Source of the DNA: Schizochytrium sp. TIO01
Lineage: Eukaryota; Protista; Bigyra: Labyrinthulomycetes
Direction of reading: 5' to 3'
DNA: 64,000 bases
Assembly: GCA_004764695.1 (NCBI GenBank)
Contig: SMSO01000032.1
Span: 5,922,483 to 5,986,482, forward strand
Part shown: one piece after another, positions 1 to 10,241 of the stretch
Layout: the number at the start of each line of letters is the position of its first letter
How positions within the stretch are numbered: position 1 is the stretch's first letter
The notes under the pieces: generated by a model
Seen by the model: only the letters and a program-made list of their open reading frames with translations
What the model was told of the DNA's origin: nothing
Database searches by the model: none
Position numbers and translations under genes: made by a program

Positions 1-351
1 GTTCTTTGTGTCAAAGCTATGCACGACCAAAGGAACACACTGAGTTTAGAGCATTACAGCGGTGGTGTGGTGGATAAAGTTGTTTTTGATGACTGCTTTA
101 AGCAATACATGTCAAGATGGAGAACTAAGCGCGTACTCATGGCCAAAAAGATGAAAGATGAAAATAATCATCATAGAAGCATGGAAGACATCGTGACACA
201 GATGTCCGTTGAACACCCACGCTGGTTTTTCACTGGTGTTCAAGACGCTTATCATGTTCCAGATGTTCGACAGGAAATCTTTTATCTTGTGAGTAACTTT
301 GAAGGTATGAGCAAAGTAACAGACCCAAAAGACATGGTACGTGTCATTTAG
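1..351 (+). CDS. Hypothetical protein, probably 5'-truncated by the window edge
   Basis: Frame is open from position 1 to TAG at 349-351; no recognisable motif. Confidence 0.55.
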   Translation, partial: VLCVKAMHDQRNTLSLEHYSGGVVDKVVFDDCFKQYMSRWRTKRVLMAKKMKDENNHHRSMEDIVTQMSVEHPRWFFTGVQDAYHVPDVRQEIFYLVSNFEGMSKVTDPKDMVRVI

Positions 352-378
352 ATTGAACTATAATAAATAGAATTGTAA

Positions 379-969
379 TTAGTCTAAGCTTCGATCCGGT
401 AGTTTCATCATCAAGTCTCTTGGCAATTTCAAACCAAGACACACCCACGAAACATCAAAACTTGCTGCATAGTTACCTCGCCTTGTGGGTCGAGCGTATG
501 GATCAACTGCGGGTCCGTGGGTGAGTGGGTCTAAAAAACGACACCTCTTACAATGAGCAATGATTTGTGGTTCAAGTGAGTACTTTTCTACTAGTTCATA
601 AAAATAGCTTGTATAAATTGTTGCTGCGGGAAGAAGAATTGCAAACCGCCGAATTCCCAGCTTCTCAATAATGTGACGTATAACATCATGCTTTCGACTG
701 AAAGGCGGATTGGTAACTAAAACGAGAGATTTTCCCGGTGGACAATAAGGTACTGTGCTTTTGAAAAAATCTTCTGTGCCTACATTATGAACAACGTGGA
801 AACCGAAGGATTCCATCACTTGAGTACTAAAATTCGATCCTGGAAATGGCTCCCAGAGTACATCTCGTGAAGGGTCAAGGTGCTCCAGTGCCATCTTGAG
901 GGCGGAGGGTGGTGTTTCATAGAGATCATTCTTAGATCGGTTTTGAATATCGCTTGTATACAATGACAT
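379..969 (-). CDS. Orphan N6-adenine (amino) DNA methyltransferase, phage/giant-virus Dam-like
   Basis: N-terminal DLYETP, SAM-binding motif I WEPFPGS, DFF, catalytic motif IV VTNPPFS. ATG at 969 (MSLYTS) preferred over the non-ATG start at 1014. Confidence 0.8.
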   Translation of the reverse strand: MSLYTSDIQNRSKNDLYETPPSALKMALEHLDPSRDVLWEPFPGSNFSTQVMESFGFHVVHNVGTEDFFKSTVPYCPPGKSLVLVTNPPFSRKHDVIRHIIEKLGIRRFAILLPAATIYTSYFYELVEKYSLEPQIIAHCKRCRFLDPLTHGPAVDPYARPTRRGNYAASFDVSWVCLGLKLPRDLMMKLPDRSLD

Positions 970-1039
970 TATAATAGTAAAAAAATAATTCTTTATGTTT
1001 TTAACCAACAACAATCATGTATTAGTTTATTGAGCTGAG

Positions 1040-1696
1040 TTATTCGCTGATCATACTACAATAGATCTTAGCAAATCGTTCACGCGATTGTACATCGGGA
1101 AATATGTTCATCCAATCGCTACAAATATAGTGTGACATGAATTGTCTTAGATATTCATAGAGAAAGGCCATAACAACCTTGACACACCAGATTGCCTGAT
1201 AAGAATTGCCTTTCAATCTAGGAAGAATGACATTCACAAATGCGGCATTGAAGTACATACGTTGATGATCAGCCGATGCGTACATCGAGGCGAAATTCAT
1301 CTTGAGAGATGCAAGTGTGCAGCTTCTAGCAAATCTCTGCAAGAGAACGTTGGAATTGATAAAGTACCCAGTCAGGTTCTCGTTGAGTGCAGTAAACTTT
1401 TCAACATAACGTTGGAAACGAAACTTAGGATCACCAAAGTTTTTAAAAGCATGTACTACCTCATCAAAAGAGTTGAGTTGGAAAAGGGGTGGGCTGGTCG
1501 CTTGCTCGAGCTCCCCTACCGTCAAGCCATACGCTGTTATTGAATCGTCACTGAGATTTTCGTTCAAATCAAGAGCATGCTCACCAGTCTCGAAAATGGG
1601 ATCGAGCTCGTAATCAGGCATTTTGGTAAGGAATTGTTTCAAATGTTCCACCTTGCTGTTATCTTTAGTATAATCACGAGTACTATGAGTGGACAT
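1040..1696 (-). CDS. Hypothetical helical protein
   Basis: Likely start ACCATG at 1696 (MSTHST), just downstream of AAAACCAAAC/AAAACCGAAAC motifs; the longer ORF call runs into the tandem repeat. Confidence 0.7.
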   Translation of the reverse strand: MSTHSTRDYTKDNSKVEHLKQFLTKMPDYELDPIFETGEHALDLNENLSDDSITAYGLTVGELEQATSPPLFQLNSFDEVVHAFKNFGDPKFRFQRYVEKFTALNENLTGYFINSNVLLQRFARSCTLASLKMNFASMYASADHQRMYFNAAFVNVILPRLKGNSYQAIWCVKVVMAFLYEYLRQFMSHYICSDWMNIFPDVQSRERFAKIYCSMISE

Positions 1697-1814
1697 GGTG
1701 GACAAACAGACACAAAGGGTGCTTTGGTGCTTTGGTGTTTCGGTTTTGATGTTTCGGTTTTGATGTTTGGTTTTGCTCGCGCATCCTACGTTAGTGCAAT
1801 AGGTATATGTCTGT

Positions 1815-2350
1815 GAAGTCAAGGAGAGTTGACTACTCATGTTCTTGGAAGCCATCAAAGCAACGTTCCGAGGAGTTCTAGAGCAGATAGTTTAGATCTT
1901 CGCGAAGTCACTATGAATTGACTACTCATGTTCTTGGAAGCCACCAAAGGAACATTCCGAGAAGTTCTAGAGCAGATAGTTTAGATCTTCGCGAAGTCAA
2001 GGAGAGTTGACTACTCATGTTCTTGGAAGTCATCAAAGCAACGTTCCGAGGAGTTCTAGAGCAGATAGTTTAGATCTTCGCGAAGTCACTATGAATTGAC
2101 TACTCATGTTCTTGGAAGCCACCAAAGGAACATTCCGAGAAGTTCTAGAGCAGATAGTTTAGATCTTCGCGAAGTCACTATGAGTTGACTACTCATGTTC
2201 TTGGAAGCCACCCAAGGAACATTCCGAGAAGTTCTACAGCAGATAGTTTAGATCTTCGCGAAGTCAAGGAGAGTTGACTACTCATGTTCTTGGAAGCCAT
2301 CAAAGCAACGTTCCGAGGAGTTCTAGAGCAGATAGTATAAAACTTCGCGA
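1815..2350. repeat. 89-bp tandem repeat, 6 copies with two interspersed variants, between divergent genes
   Basis: Unit gaagtc(aagga/actat)ga(g/a)ttgactactcatgttcttggaag...ttctagagcagatagtttagatcttcgc starts at 1815, 1904, 1993, 2082, 2171, 2260. Confidence 0.95.
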
Positions 2351-2419
2351 AATTATGCGGATGTGAAAATATAACATCATAGACATCTACCGGGCTATAG
2401 GCTTCAAAACCAAAATAGA

Positions 2420-2920
2420 ATGGTGCCCCTGGAAATCCCCAATGACGATGATGTTGTTGCATTTAAAAGCCTCCTCGATGCAACGAGACACCATTTTTCC
2501 TCGAGACGAACCATTGAACGTGTTATTGAATGTTGTATCCGGCGTGGTATTGATTATGAATTTACTCTTCGTGTGATAAATGAACAACTTCATTATTCGT
2601 ACTTTGTAGAAAATGTGGTAAGAAACGTTCTTGGTCAGATGCTTATCAGCAGTTTCAACGAGATAGATTTGATGTTATTGGACAATATATCAAATGCCAA
2701 GGGCAAGGAGAACTTCACCCTCGCGTGTATGGGTTTTTGCATGGCTCATGATTTGAGACGATTATTCGAATCAACTTATCCATCACCCGTCACTACCTTC
2801 ATGTTTGATGGGTCACACGTATGCTTTGCGCATCACTTGGTACAGATTTTATCGGAATCTGTCGATAGATTCCACGATGAAGAAGTTGCTAAACTCAAGT
2901 ACTTTTTTGATGAAGAATAA
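2420..2920 (+). CDS. Hypothetical protein
   Basis: 166-aa ORF preceded by CAAAACCAAAAT and followed by an AT-rich tail. Confidence 0.7.
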   Translation: MVPLEIPNDDDVVAFKSLLDATRHHFSSRRTIERVIECCIRRGIDYEFTLRVINEQLHYSYFVENVVRNVLGQMLISSFNEIDLMLLDNISNAKGKENFTLACMGFCMAHDLRRLFESTYPSPVTTFMFDGSHVCFAHHLVQILSESVDRFHDEEVAKLKYFFDEE

Positions 2921-3029
2921 AATATTTTTTTTCTCGTCTCTAAACTCCATTTAATATTCACTTGTGACTTCGCGCTATTCGCTTACATTTTGATTGGATA
3001 TGAAAATTATAATCCTTAGACTCCTCCTG

Positions 3030-3180
3030 GAAATTAGAAGTGAAAGATATTCAAGTTTTTTTTAGAAACGTTCATATTGATTGATTGTTTAAATGTCATT
3101 GAGCCTTGAAATTACAAGTGAAAGATATTCAAGTTTTTTTAGAAACGTTAATATTGATTGATTGTTTAAATGCCATTGAG
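3030..3180. repeat. ~78-bp tandem duplication overlapping the 3' end of the 3166..4140 gene
   Basis: gaaatta(g/c)aagtgaaagatattcaagttttt...attgattgattgtttaaatg(t/c)cattgag at 3030 and 3108. Confidence 0.85.
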
Positions 3181-4140
3181 AATGAGAAGAGATTCTTCTC
3201 TGTTCAGGGTGCATGCAATAGGCAATTTCATCAAGGGGGTGCGCTTGAGAAACGTTGAAAGATGACGCAATTGAGTATCCACCCATTCTCGCACACTTCT
3301 CAAACTCCTCACGTTGACACCACTACCTTGCAGAAGAATAGAAGGTTCGCAATAAACCATTTTATGAACGGCGTGGGCGAGGTCATCATCACACTGGGGT
3401 AGTGGAGAGTCGAGCAACTCTCGAAGAGAATCCGAAAAGGTTTGAGTGCGCTTCTCAACGCAAGCAACCTTTATTCCAAGATTTTCTTCAACGCGAGATA
3501 ACAACTCTCTTTGGAATTGAGTAATCATGGTCAACGCCGTGTCATATTGACGAATATTAAACGGAGGTTGCTTTTTAAACGTCACCTGACGCAATACAGC
3601 GCCAAATATGGACTGGAAAACCTCGCGTGTGATCCCAAAGTCTGGTTTGGGTAGCATGGGAGCAACGGCGTACACACGATACAAGGACAATGCGTATAAG
3701 TGCACCTCAGAGTATGTTGTAGAGGCCATGATGCGATAGCCATAACAATGATCCCACTGTGAGATGCATTCGAGGCTCGAGTATTTGTGCATGTGAGTAA
3801 TATCAAAACCAGCAATGGCATCGTACCATGTAGCAATTTTTTTTGCCATCTTTTTGTTCTCTCGAAGTCGAACCCAAAGACTCTTCAAGAGTCGCTCAAG
3901 GGGTTTGACGAATAGCTTTTTGTGCAAATGCACAGGAATGATCGTAGGCCACGCACCCTTGACCATCTCGTAAATGGCACACACGTTGGTATTGAGAATC
4001 AGGTTCTCAAACGCATGTTTGCTTCCTGGTTTCATCAGTGTCCAACGCAGCGATTGACGTTCGTTCCCTAAGCTCGTATCATAGTGAACAAGGTCATCGA
4101 GTGTATTCACAACATGCCTTGGCCATTTCACATTGTACAT
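3166..4140 (-). CDS. Hypothetical protein
   Basis: 324-aa ORF, normal composition. Confidence 0.75.
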   Translation of the reverse strand: MYNVKWPRHVVNTLDDLVHYDTSLGNERQSLRWTLMKPGSKHAFENLILNTNVCAIYEMVKGAWPTIIPVHLHKKLFVKPLERLLKSLWVRLRENKKMAKKIATWYDAIAGFDITHMHKYSSLECISQWDHCYGYRIMASTTYSEVHLYALSLYRVYAVAPMLPKPDFGITREVFQSIFGAVLRQVTFKKQPPFNIRQYDTALTMITQFQRELLSRVEENLGIKVACVEKRTQTFSDSLRELLDSPLPQCDDDLAHAVHKMVYCEPSILLQGSGVNVRSLRSVREWVDTQLRHLSTFLKRTPLMKLPIACTLNREESLLILNGI

Positions 4141-4181
4141 CGTAGGAGTATAGTTGTTTGGATTACTTACTATTTAACTTT

Positions 4182-7100
4182 TTATAGGTTGTAGGTTTTG
4201 GTTTTGGTTTCCTTGTCTGCTTTGCGGGCACCACGCTTCTTCTTTTTTGACTTTTTTCTAGAAGATTGACTTGATTTTCCAGAATGGTTATTTTGGAAGT
4301 TCCCAGAAACTTCCTCTGTAACTTTCTGTTTCTTGGCATCGAGAGTTCTTCCAGATGTATATTCCTTGTTCCTACCCAACAGAGGTTCACCATCATCAGC
4401 TTTCCTTTTAGTCCCGGTGCTTACTTGAGAGGATGAAGATGCTTTCACGGGTTTCTTCGTAGGTTCAAAATCACTAGTACTACTGTTGTCTGAGTGCGCA
4501 GATCGTATGTCCCCTTGAGCACCATCCGAATCACTTCCCGATTCATCAGAATCAAGAATAATAACTTTTTTTTCACCAGTATTGGTATTAGACTCCTTTG
4601 TTTGTTGATGCTTAGAACCCTCTGGTATACAAAAAATATATTTCGTGTCGTCTGGGACCTCATACATGAGCATCTTAGTCACATTGAAAGCGAGACATGA
4701 AATAAATCCCCGAAAGACACATTTTTGAGCATACGAGGTACGCTGATCTGGAACTAACAGAGAATCATACATGTTCAGTGTGTTATACGGTGCTCCCTCG
4801 TCACCTTGACCATGGCCAAATGTACTGAGCGCAGAAAGGAAGAGTGTTCCTACCCATTGAGATAGTACATCCTTTTTATCGCTTAATGATTTCGGCCACG
4901 ATTTCTTCTGAAGAGTCTCCATCTTTGTTTTTGATTCTTTGACTTCTGAGTGAGCATGTCTGTAGGGTGAAAGGTTCCTGCGAACATGTTTTGTGTGCAA
5001 CCCCGCGAGATAAATGAGTGCCGTATTGATGCCAGATGTGACGTTTGGTGATTCCTCTAAGTACATCTTAATGTCATTTTCAATGTCTCCAAGAATAGCA
5101 TCTCCATCATTGGGAAGGTTCAGAATTTGCCTAATTTTACGTAAGGCATCATTATATTGGCGTTCAATGAATTTGATCAACCTCTTGGCAATTTGAAGAG
5201 CATCTTCTGGGATGGCGCTGTCTTCACGAGTAGTATCCGATCGTTCCACTTGAAGTTCACTAGCCGGAGGTTGTTTTTTCCGCTCCTTCTCCTGATCCTG
5301 ATCTTGTTCTTCCTCCTCTTCATCATCTCCGTCTTCGCCTTCTTTATAATCTCCGTCGTTGTCTTCCTCTTCATCTTCTTCTTCCTCTTCTCCGTCTTCA
5401 TCTTCTTTATAATCTCCGTCGTTGTCTTCCTCTTCATCTTCTTCTTCCTCTTCTCCATCTTCGTCCTCCTCTTCATCATCTTCGTCCTCTTCGTCTTCGG
5501 TCAAAATATCGTCTTCTTTATGTGCGTATTTTGGGACCAGATATTTAGGTTCCTGATCAAAGAGAATTATATTATGACGAAATGAACCTTTGATAGCCTG
5601 AACGAAGTCTTTGTACCTATTTGCTTGGCGATCAGTTAAATCTTGATTTGGAGTAGTGAAAATGGTGTTCCAGTCGAACAGGAGAGAAGCATTGTTTCTA
5701 CTGTCAATGACATGGTCCGTAATATACGACGCGATGAAATCGATGGCAGACTGAAGGTCCGTGACGTTATCCAGATCTAAACCGTACGGGGGGTGTTTGG
5801 TGTCTTCTGTAACTTGATCCATTTTTTCTCGATTTCCCACAACAGAGGCGGGCATCGAATCAATCGCATCAATTAAATAATAAAACAGATTATTGTCCTC
5901 AAACACGCCATCTAAACACATCCGAATGAACTTATCAAAATCCTGACGAGTCATGTTCTGTGTTTTATGCAAATGCTCAAACAAGTCCTTACCGAGTTTA
6001 GGTGGTGGATACGACGATTTACTAACAATATCCAGGTACTCCTCGGCGAAAGTATAAGCAGCATGGCTCACCTTGTCACCACCGTATCTTCTGTGGTTTG
6101 AAAACTCGAAAAAATCTTCGGAATCAACCGTCTCTTTAGGATACGGCGCCGTTGTGGTCTGAGTGGTTTGAGCTGTTTCTTGAGAGTTCACGGTGCGAAC
6201 ATTGTACGAGCTCTCCCTTGAAGGGTGTGCGATATTGTTCATAAATACATCACTAATGGCACTGATGAACATTCCAATAGCATCACAATCGTTACCTGGA
6301 CTCTCCAAGATGGAGTTCAACGCACCTGATGTAGAATCTACATCGTTAAGACTTTTTCCAAAGGCCAGGAAAGAACGTACGAAGTAACATTTCATTGCAT
6401 TGAAGACTTCTTCAGGTCTCTGTACCCGTGGAACGCATGCAGGCAATGAATCAATGTAAGAAGCACTCTCCTCGTATGTCTTATCATTACGACTTGCATG
6501 ATTGTACTTTCCAGCGAGGAAACTGACCACCCTATCCCACACGATGGTGAAATGCTGACGAGCAAAGAACTTTTCAATTTGAGTAGAAATATTCCTGGAT
6601 GCTTCATCGTGAGTCATGCTATTTCCTTTCCCCGTTAGATTTTGCAGGAACATCATGCCGATAGCCTCCATCTCGAAATCCTTGGACTCTTTGATGAAAT
6701 TCAGATACAACCGTGCTACATCCAACATCGGAGTTGTAGGGTCAACTGTGGCGGTGGTAGTATCACTAGTCTCCGTACGTGAGTTATGAGCCAGTGGCTT
6801 ACTTTCATCGTCACTATCATCATTATCCTCCACACCGGTCACAGGTTCATCCTCGATGTTCGAAATGTCCGGTACCTCAAAATATAATTCTGAGTTGGGG
6901 TCAGTGAGGTTGTTCATGAAAGAACCCTCGATGGCAGCACTAAAATCTTGAAACCGACCGACTGCAGCTTGAGACCGACTGAAGTTGATCGGAAAAAGCT
7001 TTGATGCACAGAAGAAAGAAAAATTGGTCTGTGCAGAATGATCATATCGAGGAGTACGTGCAAACTCGATAAACGTAAAAGACACATATGCAGACAAAAA

Positions 7101-8210
7101 CGACCAAAGTTTGTGCCTATTATTGAAGGGCAATTTGGTTTCCAAGGTGTCGGTAAAGTTCTTCATAGTCGTGTCATAGTCGCAGCTTGTCATAGACGAC
7201 TGGTCACCTAGTTCTCTGCAGAGGCATTCCATGGCCGTTTCTAGTGAAACAATAGGTTTCCCGTTACGGAAAAAGTCTCCAATGCGTTCCTCGAGATAGG
7301 TCTTCATCGACGAGTCAGAGCTAGTTCGTGATCTCATCTTATCAAAAACCACCTGACGAACATTACCCATGGGATACTTGGTATTATCTTTAAGGAACGA
7401 TAGATAATGCGCAGCTATTTCATAGACCAGATACGAGACAACGGATTTACCACCATCGCTGGTGGCTCTATGTTTCAGTGCTTCTTCTTCTTTCCCTACA
7501 GACGAGGCTACATTGGTCCGGACTGGTAAGTTGGTGACTTTCTTCTCAGGTGTTGTGTATGGGTCGTTTTCAGATGCATGTGTATCCTTAGCAGGTGCTG
7601 TTCTTGTCTTCTCCTCGTTTAGCATCTGGCGATCTTTACCGTTCACAGTGAGTGTGTCTATGTTATCACGAGAGGAGCGTTGTACCTGAAAAATATCATA
7701 GGCGACTTGTGAAGAGAGAATGGACGAGAAAAACGTCATCTTGCCCGAATGGTTGATCACTGTACCGTCAATCATACCAGCCAAAACACGCAGACTACTA
7801 TCGAGGCCAGTAGATTTGGTTGTTTCATCGAGAAAGGCTAACATGACGAGTTTAGAATATGCTCCAACCGTTTTACGTAGTTTTACAATGTCCGATGCAG
7901 GACTGAGATCAACATTGTTACAAAGACGGCGTTTCAGCTTGTCCGATTCGGCCACGGTAAGGTCAGAGCGATATGCAGTCATTGTCAGAACCACAATCGC
8001 TTGCATGTCAATTTCTTTTCCATCATAAACCTCATCAGTAATGGATTCTACTATGCGTGGACACACTTTAGTAGTATCGACATAAGCGGAAAAAGGTACG
8101 ACCTTTTTATTCTCACATATAAACGCACTAGCCACTGTAGCAAACGCATTGGCGAACGAGGAGAAAACAACCTCAAATTCTTCACCATCTGTAGAACTGG
8201 ATGATGCCAT
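4182..8210 (-). CDS. Large protein with ~4 diverged internal helical repeats, an acidic tract, a SIM-like motif and a basic C-terminal NLS
   Basis: 1342-aa ORF; recurring blocks (A..YL.F.. and F..AI.GSF.NN); D/E tract; KKVIILDSDES; RKKSKKKKR. Confidence 0.85.
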   Translation of the reverse strand: MASSSSTDGEEFEVVFSSFANAFATVASAFICENKKVVPFSAYVDTTKVCPRIVESITDEVYDGKEIDMQAIVVLTMTAYRSDLTVAESDKLKRRLCNNVDLSPASDIVKLRKTVGAYSKLVMLAFLDETTKSTGLDSSLRVLAGMIDGTVINHSGKMTFFSSILSSQVAYDIFQVQRSSRDNIDTLTVNGKDRQMLNEEKTRTAPAKDTHASENDPYTTPEKKVTNLPVRTNVASSVGKEEEALKHRATSDGGKSVVSYLVYEIAAHYLSFLKDNTKYPMGNVRQVVFDKMRSRTSSDSSMKTYLEERIGDFFRNGKPIVSLETAMECLCRELGDQSSMTSCDYDTTMKNFTDTLETKLPFNNRHKLWSFLSAYVSFTFIEFARTPRYDHSAQTNFSFFCASKLFPINFSRSQAAVGRFQDFSAAIEGSFMNNLTDPNSELYFEVPDISNIEDEPVTGVEDNDDSDDESKPLAHNSRTETSDTTTATVDPTTPMLDVARLYLNFIKESKDFEMEAIGMMFLQNLTGKGNSMTHDEASRNISTQIEKFFARQHFTIVWDRVVSFLAGKYNHASRNDKTYEESASYIDSLPACVPRVQRPEEVFNAMKCYFVRSFLAFGKSLNDVDSTSGALNSILESPGNDCDAIGMFISAISDVFMNNIAHPSRESSYNVRTVNSQETAQTTQTTTAPYPKETVDSEDFFEFSNHRRYGGDKVSHAAYTFAEEYLDIVSKSSYPPPKLGKDLFEHLHKTQNMTRQDFDKFIRMCLDGVFEDNNLFYYLIDAIDSMPASVVGNREKMDQVTEDTKHPPYGLDLDNVTDLQSAIDFIASYITDHVIDSRNNASLLFDWNTIFTTPNQDLTDRQANRYKDFVQAIKGSFRHNIILFDQEPKYLVPKYAHKEDDILTEDEEDEDDEEEDEDGEEEEEDEEEDNDGDYKEDEDGEEEEEDEEEDNDGDYKEGEDGDDEEEEEQDQDQEKERKKQPPASELQVERSDTTREDSAIPEDALQIAKRLIKFIERQYNDALRKIRQILNLPNDGDAILGDIENDIKMYLEESPNVTSGINTALIYLAGLHTKHVRRNLSPYRHAHSEVKESKTKMETLQKKSWPKSLSDKKDVLSQWVGTLFLSALSTFGHGQGDEGAPYNTLNMYDSLLVPDQRTSYAQKCVFRGFISCLAFNVTKMLMYEVPDDTKYIFCIPEGSKHQQTKESNTNTGEKKVIILDSDESGSDSDGAQGDIRSAHSDNSSTSDFEPTKKPVKASSSSQVSTGTKRKADDGEPLLGRNKEYTSGRTLDAKKQKVTEEVSGNFQNNHSGKSSQSSRKKSKKKKRGARKADKETKTKTYNL

Positions 8211-8218
8211 GATGTAAA

Positions 8219-8470
8219 TTGTCGATTGACAGTCGCGGTCGCGGTAATGAGACTGTCACCTGTTGTTTATTTTTCCACCTTTGTCCTGGGAATGTCAATT
8301 GACAGTCGCGGTCGCGGTAATATGAGATTTCCACTTGTTGTTTATTTTTCCACCTTTGTCCCTGGATTGTCGACTGACAGTCGCGGTCGCGGTAATGAGA
8401 TTCCCACTTGTTGTTTATTTTCTCCACCTTTGTCCTGTGATTGTCAGTTGACAGTCGCGGTCGCGGTAAT
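8219..8470. repeat. 73-75 bp tandem repeat (3 full + 1 partial copies) immediately upstream of the 1342-aa gene
   Basis: tgacagtcgcggtcgcggtaat at 8227, 8300, 8375, 8449. Confidence 0.95.
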
Positions 8471-8572
8471 AAAATCCTTGTTCGTTGAAAAATTTTCACG
8501 ATGCGGTTTTATTTTCGAGGTCTTGTGCACTCCTGGAAAGCCAACCTACTCAGTGACGGAAGTTAGGATAGG

Positions 8573-8730
8573 CTAACCTAACCTAAAAGATGTCCTCGCA
8601 AAAATCTAACCTAACCTAAAAGATGTCCTCGCAAAAATCTAACCTAACCTAAAAGGTGTCCTCGCAAAAATCTAACCTAACCTAAAAGGTGTCCTCGTCA
8701 AGATCTAACCTAACCTAACCTAACCTAAAA
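8573..8730. repeat. 33-bp tandem repeat with telomere-like (CCTAA)n cores
   Basis: ctaacctaacctaaaag(a/g)tgtcctcgcaaaaat x4, then a longer run of ctaac units. Confidence 0.9.
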
Positions 8731-9311
8731 AGTGCGTCGTTGGTTCTTTTCTTTAAAAAAGGAGGTTGTTTAACAGGGGTACAGGGTGAATGTGTACCAC
8801 CGTTTTTAATTCAACCCACTCTTTAAAAAGAAGAGAAAAGCTGTACTAGTGATTAGTTAGGGTAAATGTGTAAGGTTAGATAAATTGGTGAGTGAGGGCA
8901 AGAAGTTGAATAGACACGGGGAGGACGGCAAGCTGTACGAGTTGAAGAAGTTGTATATGCACGGCGTTGTTGGCGATGGCGATTTGCAGAGGTGCAAGCG
9001 TGTGAAGAAGTCGGCGGGGCGGGAAAGGCAATCCGCCACAAAGCAATCGTAGACGATCAAGAGCGAATGGAGCACAGGCGGCACGCGGATGGCGCGCAGG
9101 CAGCGGGCGGCGGGCAGCGGGAGGGCGAAGGCGAGGGCGAGGGCGAGGGCGAGGGCGGCACTCAGGCAGGGCAGGGCAGGGCAGGCCCGATGCGCGTGGT
9201 GCAAGGCTATGGGTCTGTTGGATGACTTGAGTTTTGGTTTTAGGAGTTAGGTGTTTGGTTGAAGTTTTGGTTTGATGTTGATGCCTGGGTTAGTTCGATT
9301 AAGGTGATAGT

Positions 9312-10037
9312 TTAAGGTGGTGGTAGGTCTGCTCCTTTGTAAGAAGGGAATGCATAAGCAATTGTATTGTTGTTCTTAAAGTAAGGTGCGAAAGTTACGA
9401 TTGGATCTTTGGAAAGGTCAGGAATTTGCGGGGAAGTAACAAATGCTTGCTGCGCGGGCGGGCGTGTAAAGGGGAACGGGCGGACGGAAACTTGGAGGAA
9501 CTGGTCGTGGCGATTATAACAGAGGAGAGTTGCAAATACAGATTGTATGGTGTCCGGGTTGTTTAAGATGGCGACTACGATTTCATGTAGAAAACGCGCC
9601 TTCCATAATCGCAGTTCTAAGTCAATGATGTTGGTTGATAAGTCGGCGTTTGTGAAAAAGAGAGGCTGATGAGTGGTAATGTGTCTTAGGGTTGAAATTT
9701 GGCGTGCGATTGTTTGTAATGCAAGAACATTCCTGCGTGCGAATTTTGTGGCTTCCTTTTGAGGGAGGTCTGTTATTTGAAGTAGAGGAGTGAATGGGTA
9801 TGAATCCGATTCAGCTTTATATTCGGGGTAGTCGTAAATTCCGTGACGAGTTGTCCAGTGTTGCGCGTAATGAACAAATAGGTTGATGGTAAGGAGGATG
9901 ATGGAATGTTCCTTGGATTTTAGTAAGTTGTTGCCCGAGTCAGTGGTTGTAATGTAGTCGCGCGTTTGCGTAGTCTTGTTGTAAACTGATACGTCTACGG
10001 CCGTGAGCGTTGCTTGGTAGTAGTAGGAGTCACTCAT
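9312..10037 (-). CDS. Hypothetical protein with a strongly A/C-biased coding strand
   Basis: 241-aa ORF, T/Q/H/Y-rich. Confidence 0.65.
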   Translation of the reverse strand: MSDSYYYQATLTAVDVSVYNKTTQTRDYITTTDSGNNLLKSKEHSIILLTINLFVHYAQHWTTRHGIYDYPEYKAESDSYPFTPLLQITDLPQKEATKFARRNVLALQTIARQISTLRHITTHQPLFFTNADLSTNIIDLELRLWKARFLHEIVVAILNNPDTIQSVFATLLCYNRHDQFLQVSVRPFPFTRPPAQQAFVTSPQIPDLSKDPIVTFAPYFKNNNTIAYAFPSYKGADLPPP

Positions 10038-10110
10038 CGTTGAGTTAGGTGTTTGCTTGTGTGTGTCTTAGTGATTACAGTTTACTTGATCGATGGAGTA
10101 CTTCGAGAAT

Positions 10111-10241
10111 GTTCCTCGGTTGTTTCTTTTCAAGTTCCGATGCGACGGAGAGTGATGTGTAATAAGGACTGTATGCTATCTTGAGGAACAAGCTGCGTTC
10201 CTCGGTTGTTTCTTTTCAAATTCCGATGCGGCGGAGAGTGA
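10111..10241. repeat. 45-bp direct repeat pair next to a perfect HSE-like site
   Basis: gttcctcggttgtttcttttcaa(g/a)ttccgatgcg(a/g)cggagagtga at 10111 and 10197; TTCgaGAAtgTTC at 10102-10114. Confidence 0.8.

Noticed and set aside
1815-2350. CRISPR-like array (also considered 8219-8470, 36424-36830, 44920-45330)
   Set aside because: Units are contiguous near-identical tandem copies without unique spacers, and no cas genes are present
8573-8730. True telomere or chromosome end
   Set aside because: Short, internal and interrupted by a constant spacer; genes continue on both sides
8857-9225. 115-aa (-) and 77-aa (+) low-complexity ORFs
   Set aside because: Driven by (gagggc)n/(gggca)n repeats in a skewed tract; coding status unsupported, though an AAAACCAAAA motif upstream of the minus ORF means it is not excluded
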